A stretch of 58,348 bases of DNA, the filler included, from Trypethelium eluteriae (taxonomy: Eukaryota), in the NCBI GenBank assembly GCA_051942245.1. It is 4 parts of 4 records of this genome, joined end to end, with 100 filler letters (N's around TTAATTAATTAA, not from the genome) between each part and the next. Parts side by side here need not be neighbours in the genome. Positions count along the whole stretch, not along the records: positions 29,246 to 43,759 come from JAVECL010000687.1; positions 43,860 to 58,348 come from JAVECL010000688.1; 2 more parts are not named here. One strand, written 5' to 3'. Positions within the stretch are counted from its first letter, which is position 1; every line of letters begins with the position of its first letter. Shown one piece after another: positions 33,067-45,282 of the stretch. The notes under the pieces were generated by a model. It was not told where the DNA came from, did not search any database, and saw nothing but the letters and a program-made list of their open reading frames with translations. The position numbers and the translations under genes were made by a program.

Positions 33067-35885
33067 TCAACCCACGACCGCATCTATTAAACCTGCCGCA
33101 ATCGTCTTTCCTTCCGCTCTTAGTACCAAGCGTCCCGGTATCTCAAGCGGCAGTGCTCTCTCCAGCTCCACTCTCACCTTCGCCATCGACCCAGGCTGCA
33201 CCACCCGCAGCTTCTTCTTCTTCCCCTCCAACCCCGTCTTCGCATCCAGCACTGCCAGCAACTCGCTCACCCTCCCAGGAACATGCATTCTACCCCTGTG
33301 GACATCCACCAGCTGCGGCAAGACATGTTCAAATGCCAGGATCTTCACCTCGAGCGCCCTGACGTTACGTATGGGAGAATTCGTAGGACTGCACACAACA
33401 TCCCCAACGCGCAGATGCACAGGATCGATTTCGGCGAGATGCAGCACCGGCAGCATACCTGCAACTGCCCAGTCCGCTGATGTCTCTCCTTCACCATCCG
33501 CCTCGATACCCTTGATCACCGCCGTCTCTCCCGCCGGCTGCACCAGGATCTGGTCTCCCACCTGCAGCGTCCCGGCATCAATGCGACCGGTAATCGACAA
33601 CGGATTCGTCACCCCTCCGCGAAAAACATCTGCCACCGACATCCGAAGCGGCTTCTCGAGACTTCTCTCCGCAGGCTCTGCATCATCAAGCGCATTAACA
33701 AGAGTAGGCCCCTCATACCAAGACGCCGTTTCTTTAGGAGCCGCACGCACGATATTATCACCCGTAAGCCCTGCGCAGGGCACAAACGTCAAATTCGCAG
33801 CAGAGAAACCCGCGGTGACGAAGAAAGCCTTCATCTGCTGATGCACATCCTCAAACCGCGCGCGATCCCAAGCCACAGCGTCCATCTTATTGACAGCAAC
33901 GACCACCCTTGCGACACCCAGCGCGCGGAGCAGAAGGGCATGCTCCTTCGTCTGGCCACGCAGCCCCGACTCGAAGCTATCGGGGCTAGCATCGAGGACG
34001 AGGATGGCGAAGTCAGCTTGCGAGGTGCCGGCGATCATGTTGGGGACGAAGTCGCGGTGGCCCGGGGCGTCGAGGATGGTGAAGCGGGTCTTGGCGGTCT
34101 CGAAGGCGTGCGTGGCGACGTCGACGGTGACGCCGCGGCTGCGCTCGTCTGACGTCTGGTCCATGATCCAGGCGAGGGCGAAGGAGGACTTCCCGATGGT
34201 GTCGGCCTCCTTGCGGAGTTTGTCGATGGTGCGTTGGTTGATGACCTGGAGGTCGAGTAGGAGGCGGCCCATCAGCGTGCTTTTGCCGTGGTCGATGTGG
34301 CCTGCGTTGGAGAATTAGTGGAGCAGCGAAGCATAATTACCTTTTGTAATAGAACTTACCGACTACCACGAAGCTTGCCGTGTTCTTCATATTCGACTTC
34401 TTAAACTCGGCTATAACGTCAAGATTTTTGCTCTTCACTTTCGGCGCGTCTTGCACGGATAGATCAGCAACCGCTTGCACAGCTCCGCCGGCAGACTCGT
34501 CGGCCTTCTTGCTATGCTTCTCTGTGTTGCCTTTCTTCCCTAAACGATGTTGGCAGTGACCATGATCTACTTCAAAGCCGTTCCCTACCTTTTGTCTGAG
34601 CTTGCTCGACAACATCGTCCGGACTTGGGCCTAGAAATGCGCGGTTAGCTTCAGTCACATGCTGGTTGTCATATCCCGGTATTGGAAAGATTGATGTGGG
34701 CTCTGGTCGCCAGATAGAAGACGATTGCCCTGCCTTTGCGTACAGACCAGTCATCGTCAGGGCAAAAGAGGAGGGTGCTGCTCTGAGAGTCTCTCTGTTC
34801 GTATTCTCAAGAGTAGTTTCGGACTCTGATTGTCTTTGGTCTGGTCCTCTTTCAACGTTTTGGGGTTGAGGCTGAGTTTCCGTAGCTTCTGATTCCTGTG
34901 TTTCGATGGGCTGCAGACTAGATTCGGAGGGCGAGGTGCCCCTTGTGAAAGGCCTACTCGGAGGCGCCCTGCCCTCCAAGCGGTCAAGTAATGATAAGGC
35001 ATTAGATGATGGCTGGGAAGGCTGAGCAGATTGCGATGCGACTTCTTGGGCTTTCTTTTCTTCCTCCTTCTTCTTTCGTGCAGCCGCCAGTTGTGCCAGT
35101 TTTGAGGGCTTCCTGCCTCCCGAAGAGCCACCTAGAAGTCCGGCTCGGGGAAACAGTGGCTCCACAGTAATTTCTGCTTGAAGATGTGGGGGTACGTTGA
35201 GCCATGGTGTGTCTTTAAAAAAGTCCGCAGCGGAGAAAGGTCTGCTACAATCATGATCTATCCCAGCATGAGGGTATACTATGCGTCCAGACTGACCTAT
35301 GGGTCAGACTCAGTCAATGATCGAAAGTCACGATCACTCGCACCCAGACCAATTCGCAAGTAAACTTGGTAGCATGTAATCGTTCTAGGCGGACCAGAAC
35401 CCTTTTGCGCGGGACTATGGCATTGCAAAATCATTGACTTACCAGACTTCTTGGCTTGTGGCGCCTGGACTGCTGCGACGGCTTGGTCAAATCTCGAGGG
35501 TTGTTTCTGCTGCTTGGGCCGAACAGGCTGAAACTGGTCTGAAGATATTAGCAATAAACGAAAGCCTCTTTTGGATTGCCCACCTTTTAGATATGACACA
35601 GTCTTTGAAATGTCATAGTAATAATTCCATAATGCATCTTCGATTTCTCGATCTGGTACAGAATACGCATTGCCAAGAGCTTCGCGGACCTTGATCTTTC
35701 CCTGTCTCATTTGCTCTTGGTCCTCAGGGCTCAGTTCTGTCGAAGATGAATTAGTTGCGGCCTATGATGCGCAGAGTACGATAAGGAAAGGCCGGACCTT
35801 CATCTTGCGCATAGTCGTCGTCGTCATCGTAATCCTCGACATCATCCGCATCGTATGCGATGTCTTTGACCCTGCGGTTCGACAT
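33067..35885 (-). CDS. HBS1: HBS1-like translational GTPase (Dom34 partner), multi-exon
   Basis: MSNRRVKDIAYD..., EIEDALWNYYYDISKTVSYL (HBS1 N-domain), F.GPSPDDVV, GHIDHGKSTLMGRLL, SFALAWIMDQTSDERSRGVTVD, DAPGHRDFVPNMIAG, NKMD. Confidence 0.95.
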
Positions 35886-36437
35886 CCCACAGACTTAAGG
35901 TTTTGCTGGACCGCGGCTGCAGAGCCAAGTGATAAAATTGGCCAAGTCACTCAAGCTCCCGTTTCTGCTGTGATATTGCAGTGTTGCCTTGCTTTGTAAT
36001 CTCGGAAGACAAGTTAGAGGACGATGTAGCTTTTTAGACAAAGTGGAGGGCTGGAGTTGTGGCGGGCGTCACGGTACTCTAAATGCTCTACGTCAACGTT
36101 TGGAAAAGCTAAGCTTCAAGATATAGAATAATCGTATCCTGTGAAACCACTTATTACATTATTGCATAACTATTATTGTCGTTTCCATCAACAAGATACT
36201 ATGGTAAGGATACTCGAGCGAAGCTAATAGTATACACTCCAAGCTGCGTTTTTATCATTTTTGCACAAACATATTTGCTTAAAACATGGTATCTAAATAT
36301 CTATGATGATAAGAGTTTCAAGGCGGCGCATTTTCACCATTATCAAATGCTCCGAGATCCAATAAAACGCTTCGATTGATGCGAACCTGCCTAACGTTAT
36401 GGTCTTTTAGCGCTCAAGTGTCCAGTCATTTCCGTGT

Positions 36438-39400
36438 TCATATCTCAGTGAGCCAGTCCGGCTCAGCTTCTTCGTCTTCAGGATCGTGAGAGAGAAGGGA
36501 ACCTCGATCGTCGTCGTTAGATAATTCTTCCACTTGGCCGGAAGTATCAAGATCTTCGAAAGCCGTGGGAGATTCCAACGAAGCCTTGGTATCAGCTGCC
36601 GATGGTATGCTACCAGTTTGACGTTCGTGTTCAGTCAGCCCGTCCAAAGCAGGCGCTTCCCATTGTGCAAGAGATTCGTGAGTTGCATGGCGGTGCTTGA
36701 ACTGTTTTGTAGAAGATTCTGAAGACTGATTCTCTCCAGGTTGCTTCTCCATACTCTTGGCAAGCGCAAGTTGAATCTCGAGATCATCTGCATGGGAAGG
36801 ATCAGGCCTGTCGTAAGGAACCCGATTGGTACCACTGATAACATCATCTTGATCCACTGGCTCTGTCTCCGAGTATGTTTCTTCCAGACGGGATTCTGAT
36901 TGGGAATTAGTAGACTCCTCGTCGTTTGGGATAAAACCACCGCCATCCAAAGACGCAGATGCACCGAAATCATCTGATAGCGCATCTGACTTGTGTTCCG
37001 CTGGGCTTTCATTTCTGGCATCTCGAAATTTGGACTCTGCAGGAAGAAATCCTGCTCCTTCACCATCCTCGACCAAGAATCCTCCACCTTCTTCAGGATC
37101 TGTACCGTGACGCTGAAAATCGACGTCATCATGTGCAAAGCGCCCCTGGTCCTTGGCACCAGAATCATGCTGCCAGTCAGACTCATCACCAATGTCTTCC
37201 TCAGCTTCCGACTCATCAACAAGCCTCCTGCGACTTTGCCTAGCTGTAGGCACTGCGACACTTTGTTCTGCATCAGGGAAGAAGCCGCCACCTTGGCTGA
37301 TTGGCTCATCAGTATATTCGTCCTGGGTTCCAGTATCGTCTTCTGCCCGTACGAGGGGGCCTTGTTCTCCTTCAATCTCATATTCGTTAACTCGTTGCAG
37401 AACTCGCAAGCCGACCAAGAACTTCTTCCACGTGCGCAATGCCAACAATGACCTGGCATCCTCCTCACTTTGTTCTCGTGCATACTCCATACTTTCCAGC
37501 ACAGCCTCGACCGCTGCTGCATACTCCTCAGCCACCACAATTCCTTGGGTCACGGCAGTGCCACGGCGGCCTTTGAACTCGAAGCCAGTAACAGCGTCGG
37601 CGTAGTCAATATCCATGAGCTTCGCCGCACGGGAAGCCTCCAAGTGTCGTATGTGCGTGCCACCGGGAGGCACCATGGATGGGACATACAAATCGATATT
37701 ACCGAAAGCATTTTTCGGAACGCGACCGCGTACGCAAGGAGGAGGCGTGTAGACTTGAGTCTGAAAAGACGCATAGAGCGGTGTGCCTGCATTACTATCA
37801 TCAATCGCATCTGCGTCGATGTCGTCATTCGTATAGAGGCCACGGGAAATTTTCGTTGGCGGTAGGTGCTTTAGCGGTTGTTCGCCTGCCATGATTTCAC
37901 GGCCGAGCCGATACCACTTATCTGCGCTTCTAGCGACCTTAACATCTACGCGGCGATAGACTGGTTCTAGCTTCGCTGCTTTGCCTGTAGCACCGACCTT
38001 GCCAACCTCCCTCTTTGGATGAATGACCTCGTTTCGCTTCAAGTGACGCTCGAGGGCATATAATGGATGATCTTTGAAATCTTGGATCGCTCGTGGCATG
38101 CCTTCTTGTGCTTCTTTCTTCGCGAGTTCTGCCGTCTCAATCTGATCTCTGTCAGTGAAAGCTTCACCCCGTCTTCGAAAAATCCGCATAGCTTTCTTGA
38201 ACCACCTCTCACCATCCTCAGTACTCTCTATACGCTCTCTTCTTGTCTTAGCGTTGTATGCCGACGCATAGCGCTTCGTAACGTCTTTGGCGACACCATC
38301 CTCCTCAAAAGCAATCACATACACCATACGGACGCCACCACTCGACTGATTGGCTGGTGGTTCAAGCTTTGAGGGCTTGCCAACAGTATTTGTACTGAAT
38401 GGTTCTATCGGAGTCCATTTCTGAAGAGCAGTGTTGAAGGCTTCTACCCAGTATACTGGGAATCTTGTTTTGTAGGTACGTTTTCTGATTGCCTCAGGAG
38501 GGGGACCTGATTTATCTACGCCAAAGCTTGGTTGCCCGATACGGCGTTTTCTTGGGTGAGGTAAGGAATTTGGGCTGGTTACTGGGATCCCTGTTGAGTT
38601 CTCATTATCGCTGACGACAGTATTTTCAGTACCATCTTTCGAATGATTGACATCATCATCATGACAGAAGTCTTTTGAAGATGCGATAAAACTGAGAGGC
38701 TGGAGAGAGCAGACCAGACGAGTTTCCACACCAAGGGCACGAAGAGCAGCACACAGAAGCTGCACACCACTATCCTGAGAGCCTTCAAGGGATTTGGCAG
38801 CATTTCGAAAGTCTTGGATATCAACAAGTCTCTCCGTATCTCGTGGAAGCCGAAACCTTGCAGGTTTTACATAGGATAACCACGAAGGCGGTCTGATGCC
38901 CTGCTTAATGTGTTTGAAATTTATTCTCCAGATATCCTTCAAATCGTTGAGACCTTCTTTGAAGTGTTTGTCTTTGTTGAACTGGGATATACCCGAGTCA
39001 GGCTTTAGTGATGATCGGACTTTAGATGGAACTAAGCGCTTCATCGTCCCCTGCACTTCGTGATCGTTGCACCACGCGTTGCGAATGAACGCATGCATGA
39101 GAAGACTGATGATATGAGCTTTGTGGACCTGTATTCTCGTGCTTTTATCCAAATGTACGCCTGGCGCTTTCCTCTTCGACTTAGCTTTGCCTGGCTTGTC
39201 CTCTTCAAATTTTAATGTAATGCCTTCAGGAATAGGTCCCACCTCTACTTCGTCGGACGATGCGAGATTCTCTTGCTGCAGAGTAACGTCTTCCCATTCA
39301 AAATCATCCTCTTCAGACTGTTCCGTTTCCGTGAAGACGGTTTGGATCTCAGCTTGCTTTTCTACGGTCGTTTCGGACGCAGCGTGGCTTGAAGCGGGTG

Positions 39401-39605
39401 AGCTTGCTGCCAATGTGGAGGGTCCAGGCTTCCATACTTTGCGTCTTTTGAGTGGTCGCTCTGGCGCTTGGTTTGAAGTAGCAGCAGCAGCTTCAACCAA
39501 GAGCTCGTTGTAGATGTCTGTTGGACTGGGGCTTCTCCGCTCGTCTAGTTTCTCCAGCCGACCTTTCACGGGCTTCAGCGCACCAGTCCTAGAGGCTCTC
39601 ATCAT
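36438..39605 (-). CDS. RAD4: Rad4/XPC nucleotide-excision-repair damage sensor
   Basis: IRNAWCND, transglutaminase-like region (YWVEAFN, KDVTKRYA), BHD1-3 (FKDHPLYALERHLKRNEVI, SADKWYRLGR, GRVPKNAFGNIDLYVPSMVPPG, IDYADAVTGFEF). Confidence 0.96.
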   Translation of the reverse strand: MMRASRTGALKPVKGRLEKLDERRSPSPTDIYNELLVEAAAATSNQAPERPLKRRKVWKPGPSTLAASSPASSHAASETTVEKQAEIQTVFTETEQSEEDDFEWEDVTLQQENLASSDEVEVGPIPEGITLKFEEDKPGKAKSKRKAPGVHLDKSTRIQVHKAHIISLLMHAFIRNAWCNDHEVQGTMKRLVPSKVRSSLKPDSGISQFNKDKHFKEGLNDLKDIWRINFKHIKQGIRPPSWLSYVKPARFRLPRDTERLVDIQDFRNAAKSLEGSQDSGVQLLCAALRALGVETRLVCSLQPLSFIASSKDFCHDDDVNHSKDGTENTVVSDNENSTGIPVTSPNSLPHPRKRRIGQPSFGVDKSGPPPEAIRKRTYKTRFPVYWVEAFNTALQKWTPIEPFSTNTVGKPSKLEPPANQSSGGVRMVYVIAFEEDGVAKDVTKRYASAYNAKTRRERIESTEDGERWFKKAMRIFRRRGEAFTDRDQIETAELAKKEAQEGMPRAIQDFKDHPLYALERHLKRNEVIHPKREVGKVGATGKAAKLEPVYRRVDVKVARSADKWYRLGREIMAGEQPLKHLPPTKISRGLYTNDDIDADAIDDSNAGTPLYASFQTQVYTPPPCVRGRVPKNAFGNIDLYVPSMVPPGGTHIRHLEASRAAKLMDIDYADAVTGFEFKGRRGTAVTQGIVVAEEYAAAVEAVLESMEYAREQSEEDARSLLALRTWKKFLVGLRVLQRVNEYEIEGEQGPLVRAEDDTGTQDEYTDEPISQGGGFFPDAEQSVAVPTARQSRRRLVDESEAEEDIGDESDWQHDSGAKDQGRFAHDDVDFQRHGTDPEEGGGFLVEDGEGAGFLPAESKFRDARNESPAEHKSDALSDDFGASASLDGGGFIPNDEESTNSQSESRLEETYSETEPVDQDDVISGTNRVPYDRPDPSHADDLEIQLALAKSMEKQPGENQSSESSTKQFKHRHATHESLAQWEAPALDGLTEHERQTGSIPSAADTKASLESPTAFEDLDTSGQVEELSNDDDRGSLLSHDPEDEEAEPDWLTEI

Positions 39606-39924
39606 ATCGTGAAGGGTGGATAGAGTCGTCCCACAGGTAGTTCTGATATAACTGACGCCGGCGATAAATGATACAGAGATGGTGTTGGAGGGGTGGGGTG
39701 TTCAATGTGGCGGGCCCACTCAGTGACGAAGGACTGTCGAAGTCCTTGAAGCGGACACATCTCGATCTCTTTGACTTGATCGTTGACAGCGCATCCAAGA
39801 CTGAGGGTTGGTGAGATCAACTGTAGTAGTGTGTATATGCCACAAGGTAATGGATTCGCTGAGAAAGAGGTGCGTGATTTCGGCAAAATCCGATGAGGTC
39901 ATAGGCCAGGATTCCCGCTTGCGG

Positions 39925-39962
39925 CGCGTCTCGTCGCGTCTCCCTCAATGAGAGACGAGACG
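39925..39962. promoter_or_regulatory. MCB-like CGCGTC pair and 9-bp inverted repeat in the rad4 bidirectional promoter
   Basis: CGCGTC at 39925-39930 and 39935-39940; CGTCTCGTC (39927-39935) pairs with GACGAGACG (39954-39962). Confidence 0.4.
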
Positions 39963-40017
39963 GCAACACAATCCCTCGACCAGCGAGCATCGCCACATCG
40001 TCTTTTTTTTGCCAGAT

Positions 40018-41514
40018 ATGGCGCGCTCGAAGATTTCAAATAAAGCGCCATCGAGAAAAGGACCAGGAAAACGTTCAACGAAGGCGAAATCTCGGCAGCG
40101 GAACACCGAGAATCCAAGTTCCAAGTCTTCACGTGCCGTCGGTGAGAGCCAGAACACACTCACACAACTCGACTTTGTGCACGTTTCCCACCTAAGTCAT
40201 GACGAAAATAGCCAGGACGAGGACGAGAAAATGACTGGAAAGGAAATGGAGGAGGACGAGCATGAGGAGGAGAGTGATGACTACCAGGACGACGATTTTG
40301 TCCCCAAAAATCCCAGAAAAAGAAAACGAGGGAGCCTTGCTGTTTCCAACAAACGACAGCAAACTTTGACTCAAATAGATTGGACGCCTCGCCCAACGCT
40401 CGGTCGGGACGAAGAAGAGTACCGGCTAGAAGAGGAGGAAGGAAAATCACCATCGCCTGCGGTGAACGGCTCCTATCATCCAGCCTACTCCAAGAGCGAT
40501 AAACCTGCAGAGACTATATCAAATCGATCTCGGCAAGGGATACACGCTAGTTCAGCATCGTCGATGACCGAGAACAGATCGCTTCAACATCACACATCAA
40601 GGCGCAGCAATGAAGGCTTCAGTCGTCCGGCTCTACAAGATCCATCCACTCCAAAGACTGTGCGAGCTCAGACAGTCCCATCATCTCAGACCCCGGAGCC
40701 AACTCCATTCTCTACTCGAAGTACACGTCATTCGAAGACTCGATTCCTGAGATCGGTAACTCGATCGCCTCTAACGGAACTCAGTTCCAATAGGAGGTCT
40801 GTGATCGTCCATCCTCCAGAGAGTCCACTTGAAAAGCTTCCTTCAACGGCGAAAAGCCTTAAACCCCCTCCAGATGCAACGCCCAGCCCGCGCAAGAAGA
40901 ATACCTTTGCTTCACGATTGATATATGACTCGGAGGCAGACAGTCCGGACGACGACGACGAAGAAGAAGAAGAAGCGACGACATTTAATGAGCCTACAAG
41001 CAGACAAGGGCTGGGGGTCCATGAGGCTGCCATGGTATGGGATGAGTCACAGGAGTTGCCGAGATTGCGTACCGATTCTGAAGAGATCTCCTCACAAATT
41101 AATCGTGAACTCCTCTTTTTCACGCAGCCGCAATGTCAGGGATTGGAGCAACCGCAAAATGATGGACATTGCACTACAAAACATCCAGGCGGAGCTACAG
41201 ACGGTCAAAATGAAGGAGAGATTGACCACAGATCTCCTCAGGAGGTTCGACAATCGCAAGTCTCGACGGTGGATGTGACTCAGGATCCACACTCATCAAA
41301 TTCGAGACACCTCTCAAGCTTACCACCTGTGGCATCATCATCCCCCAATCTTCCAAGATTACGCGAATCCCCCATCTATGTAGCGAGCTCGCCAATATCC
41401 ACTGGATCGAAGGTGACTCAGCAAGGGGCGATCACGCTCAGTCAGCTACTACCCGAGAGCTTGATGGAGTTCAGTTTACCCCCACCTCCAAGCTCTCCGC
41501 AATACGACGAATGA
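40018..41514 (+). CDS. Hypothetical disordered nuclear protein with QxTLTQ motifs and SQ/TQ clusters
   Basis: Intronless ~498-aa ORF; SQNTLTQLDFV, RQQTLTQIDW, NLS-like PRKRKR, C-terminal ITLSQLLPESLMEFSLPPPP. Confidence 0.75.
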   Translation: MARSKISNKAPSRKGPGKRSTKAKSRQRNTENPSSKSSRAVGESQNTLTQLDFVHVSHLSHDENSQDEDEKMTGKEMEEDEHEEESDDYQDDDFVPKNPRKRKRGSLAVSNKRQQTLTQIDWTPRPTLGRDEEEYRLEEEEGKSPSPAVNGSYHPAYSKSDKPAETISNRSRQGIHASSASSMTENRSLQHHTSRRSNEGFSRPALQDPSTPKTVRAQTVPSSQTPEPTPFSTRSTRHSKTRFLRSVTRSPLTELSSNRRSVIVHPPESPLEKLPSTAKSLKPPPDATPSPRKKNTFASRLIYDSEADSPDDDDEEEEEATTFNEPTSRQGLGVHEAAMVWDESQELPRLRTDSEEISSQINRELLFFTQPQCQGLEQPQNDGHCTTKHPGGATDGQNEGEIDHRSPQEVRQSQVSTVDVTQDPHSSNSRHLSSLPPVASSSPNLPRLRESPIYVASSPISTGSKVTQQGAITLSQLLPESLMEFSLPPPPSSPQYDE

Positions 41515-42394
41515 GAAATCATAAAGGCAAAGTTCGTTTGCTGTTGGTATTTGGATTGTATCTCGAATATCTGTCCACCGTCTGAAGATTCAAGGCATCA
41601 TGGAATAGATATCCATCTCTGCATTCTTGGCTCGGCATATCGGTCGTCTTTCAATTCGTGCTACGTGCTAGACGCTGAAGACGCCACAAAGATTCAACCA
41701 AGGTGATCAGATAGAGATACAAGGTGCCGTCGCAGCGTGTTTCTACAACACAGACCTATGATTTCCTCGAAACCCCCGTTTTTGCAGAATATTGCCAGGC
41801 TGTAGTCTGTCACCATGATGGAGACCTGCCATGGTTTAAAGAAGCTCTTGATTTCGCAACATTGCCAGGCACAAGTCACGCTCCACCTTGAGACAGGCAG
41901 CTCCAGATTTGGACGGATCGCATTTCTCGCATACGCATTGCAACGATTTGATACTTGTCCTGCAGGGCGAAGATAAGATAGGGAAGGCGAAGGCATTTGT
42001 CAAATTCCCAAGTACGCGGTCATTCCAAGTCTCAACTCAACTACTTCAACTTCTGCTTCTAACTCTTCTTTGCCCCGATGATCCGTGAGTAGCGAATGTT
42101 AACCCTGACTGTGCCTCTAAGCTACGTCGACTCGGTTGTAACTCCGACTACTCTACCCCACTTATGGCATTTGTCATGTCCCCAAATTATGTCAATACTG
42201 AATAATTTTCATCTTGGCGTGACCAAGCTTGATCGCGGACCTAACTTCCTCCAAGATTTTGTCTCCGTCTTTCAAGCTGCAGCTGTGTTAGAAATATCTT
42301 AGCCTTCCCAGTATTGAAAAAGTAGAGTTTTGCCCTCTGCCACAACTAAACAAGCCGTACTCCATCAAATCTACTCGGAGAACCCATCATAACA

Positions 42395-43185
42395 ATGGCA
42401 CCAAAAGTCCTCTTCGTTCTAACTTCTCACAACAAGCTGGGCAATCTCGATAAGCCCACGGGGTGGTATCTTCCTGAGTTGGCCCATCCTTATCACGTGC
42501 TTGAGCCAAAGACCGAAATTATCGTGGCATCACCTAAGGGTGGTGAGGCGCCGCTCGATCCGGCCTCGGTCGAGATGTTCAAGGACGACGTGAGCGTGAA
42601 CTTCTTGAACACCAAGCAGAGTGTATGGAAGGACACACATCGACTAGACGAATTTGTGGGAAAGGCAAAAGACTATGATGCCATATTCTATGTTGGCGGC
42701 CATGGGCGTAAGTGCCCCCTCGTTCAAAAGCCTACTTCCAAATAAACTCAAAACTTGAATAAATTTTTCTCGAACTTGAAAGGGTAGTGGGTGCTGATAT
42801 TTGTCATGTAGCAATGTTTGATCTCGTTGATAATCCCACATCTCAACAACTGATCCGCGAATTCTGGGAAGCTGGCAAGGTCGTGTCTGCTGTCTGCCAT
42901 GGCCCTGCGGTATTTGTCAATGTCAAGCTAAGCGATGGATCCGGTCTACTGCAGGGCAAGACTGTAACCGGCTTCTCAACCGCCGAGGAGACACAGGTCG
43001 GTCTTACGGATGCAGTACCGTTCGTGCCTGAGGATGGGCTCAACAAGGCGAGCGGGGGTAATTTCGTTAAGGCGGCTGAGCCTTGGGGCGAGAAGGTCGC
43101 CGTTGATGGCAAATTGATAAGCGGACAGAATCCGGCAAGTGCCACAGGTGTGGGCGAGGCGATTGCAAAGGCAATTGGGGTATGA
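42395..43185 (+). CDS. HSP31: DJ-1/PfpI (Hsp31-like glyoxalase III), 2 exons
   Basis: KVLFVLTSH, TGWYLPELAHPY, ASPKGGEAPLDPAS, YVGGHG|PMFDL (intron 42708-42811), SAVCHGPA, SGQNPASA. Confidence 0.93.
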
Positions 43186-43256
43186 ATGTATCTATCTCGT
43201 ATCTATGATCGAACAAAAGAAGGAGGTGGAATAAATATGTAGGCTATGCAGGACGC

Positions 43257-43759
43257 TCATTGGAAATACCCAGGAAATAGCCAGTTCAACTTCTCTAATG
43301 CTTCCTTGCTTCTCCCTGCTGGTGCAGTAATTGCCCCGGCGCCCTTTATCATACCTTCCAAATGCTTTGCTTCAACCAGGTCAGCATGCTCCTCTTTGCT
43401 CAGCTCATCCAACACTGCACCAACAAAGCGTCTCGCGTTCTCGGAGTTAGCTTTCATGTTGCCCATGACCATCTCAACCGTGACTGACTCCTCTGTCCCC
43501 CTCCAGCAATCGTAGTCTGTAGACATGCATATCATCTGATACGCTATCTCAGCCTCTTTCGCCAGCTTCGCTTCCGGCAGCGCCGACATATTGATCGCGG
43601 TGCCACCCCAAGCACGATACATATTCGACTCCGCGCGCGTCGAAAACTGTGGTCCCTCTGCGATACACGTCAGCCACACCCAACCCAACCACCACCAAGC
43701 AATCAAGACCCCCTACATACCCATACAAACCAACGTCCCCTCCTCATGCAACCTCACCC
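43257..43759 (-). CDS. MEU1: S-methyl-5'-thioadenosine phosphorylase, C-terminal exons; 5' end lost in the gap
   Basis: GTLVCM|EGPQFSTRAESNMYRAWGGTAINMSALPEAKLAKEAEIAYQMICMSTDYDCW; intron 43658-43720. Confidence 0.93.
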
Positions 43760-43859
43760 NNNNNNNNNNNNNNNNNNNNNNNNNNNNNNNNNNNNNNNNN
43801 NNNTTAATTAATTAANNNNNNNNNNNNNNNNNNNNNNNNNNNNNNNNNNNNNNNNNNNN
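43760..43859. other. Artificial contig spacer
   Basis: N44-TTAATTAATTAA-N44. Confidence 0.98.
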
Positions 43860-45282
43860 CAACTACCCAGCCCCACATTCCTTCTCCATACCGTAGCGAA
43901 GGGTACTTTAGCCCACCCGAGCCCGCTCGTCGGGATACCCAGCTCGGTCTCGCCGTCGGCCTAACCCGCTCGCCCGATCGAACATTCGATGCAGCAAAAA
44001 CACAGATAAAGACGCAAGCAAGTAAGCAAAGGAAGCAAGAGCAAGCAAGGTACGCGATCCTCCGGACTGCGCGCGTGCTCCTCCTGCTCCGCCTCCCGGC
44101 GGGGTTCTCGTTACGCTCGCAGTGCGGTGCAGCGCAGCAGCCGGAGCAGGTTGCAGCAGCAGCAGTGCGCCGTAACAGTACATTAGTAGTTGCGATGGCC
44201 TGACATCAGTAGCACTACTACTGCTACTACTATTACTACTGCAGTATGGATTGACGTTATGTAGGTAGTTCTGGTCCCACTTTATATACCCCAGACCTGG
44301 CTAGGGGCAGGGGTGGGTCCTCTACGGTAACGAGCGGGAAGCACAAGCACCGCACTCATAAGCGGCGGAAGCGTCCCGCTGGCTCGGGAAGGATCCAGGC
44401 GGGTAAGAGTGGGTGGGTGGGTCCATCGATGACTGTGCTGCGCTGGCGGGTTCAGGTAGGAAGGTATAGATACCTTACCTACCCAGTAGTTGACAACGGT
44501 GGAGACTTTTGATGCAACGATCTGGGGACGGGTTTTTCAGTCGGAAGGATGCGTGAGGTATGCTGGCGTCCAGGATTTTGGACTGGGTTGATGCTGAACA
44601 GATGCTCTATCAAGGTGTGGATCGTGGCCTTGATTTGCAGCGCTGATTGAGTTTGCTAGGTTGCGATGAGATAGGTGGCAGCCGAAGGATTCGTAGGAGA
44701 TGCAGCTGGTGGGGTAGAGATTTTCCGTTTGGGACCGTGGTGGGACGCCCGTCGGCCTGAAAGAAGAAAGCCTCACTAGCCTGCAGGAGAGGCTCGGCGG
44801 GGGGGGGTTCGAGGCAGGCCACCCAGGCTTTGAAGGTGAGTCGCCCAAAAGGAGAGCCTCATGGGGCACGTCATTGGCGGCAGCTGACATAAATAGATTG
44901 GCCGATCTGATCCAATCAGACTTTCTAGATGCTAGCTTCCTTTCCCATGCATCCTGCAACAGGTTAACATTAATTTTACGTACACCATGAAGAAACCCCG
45001 AGGGGATACACGTCGTTTCTGTCCAAGCCATGGCGGCCCAAATTCCACAGCCCACCTGCCAGAAATGCTTTTCGTGACCCCGTCCCAGCCAGGAATACAA
45101 GCAGGCCTAAGCTAAAACATGCCCTACACATACAAGCAGCGCCACCGCCATCCCGTAAATCGTACACCTTGAGGGTATCATGCTGAGTAAAGTAGATGCG
45201 TTAGAACAGGCGGAAGTGCATTAGGCAACGTAAGATGTAGTCTGATAAATTCGGCTCGATCGCGTAGTCGTGTCGTGTCGTG

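Noticed and set aside
33026..34318. Long plus-strand ORFs antisense to HBS1 (and 49-552 antisense to the pectinesterase)
   Set aside because: Shadow ORFs expected from GC-rich codon usage; no protein-like motifs.
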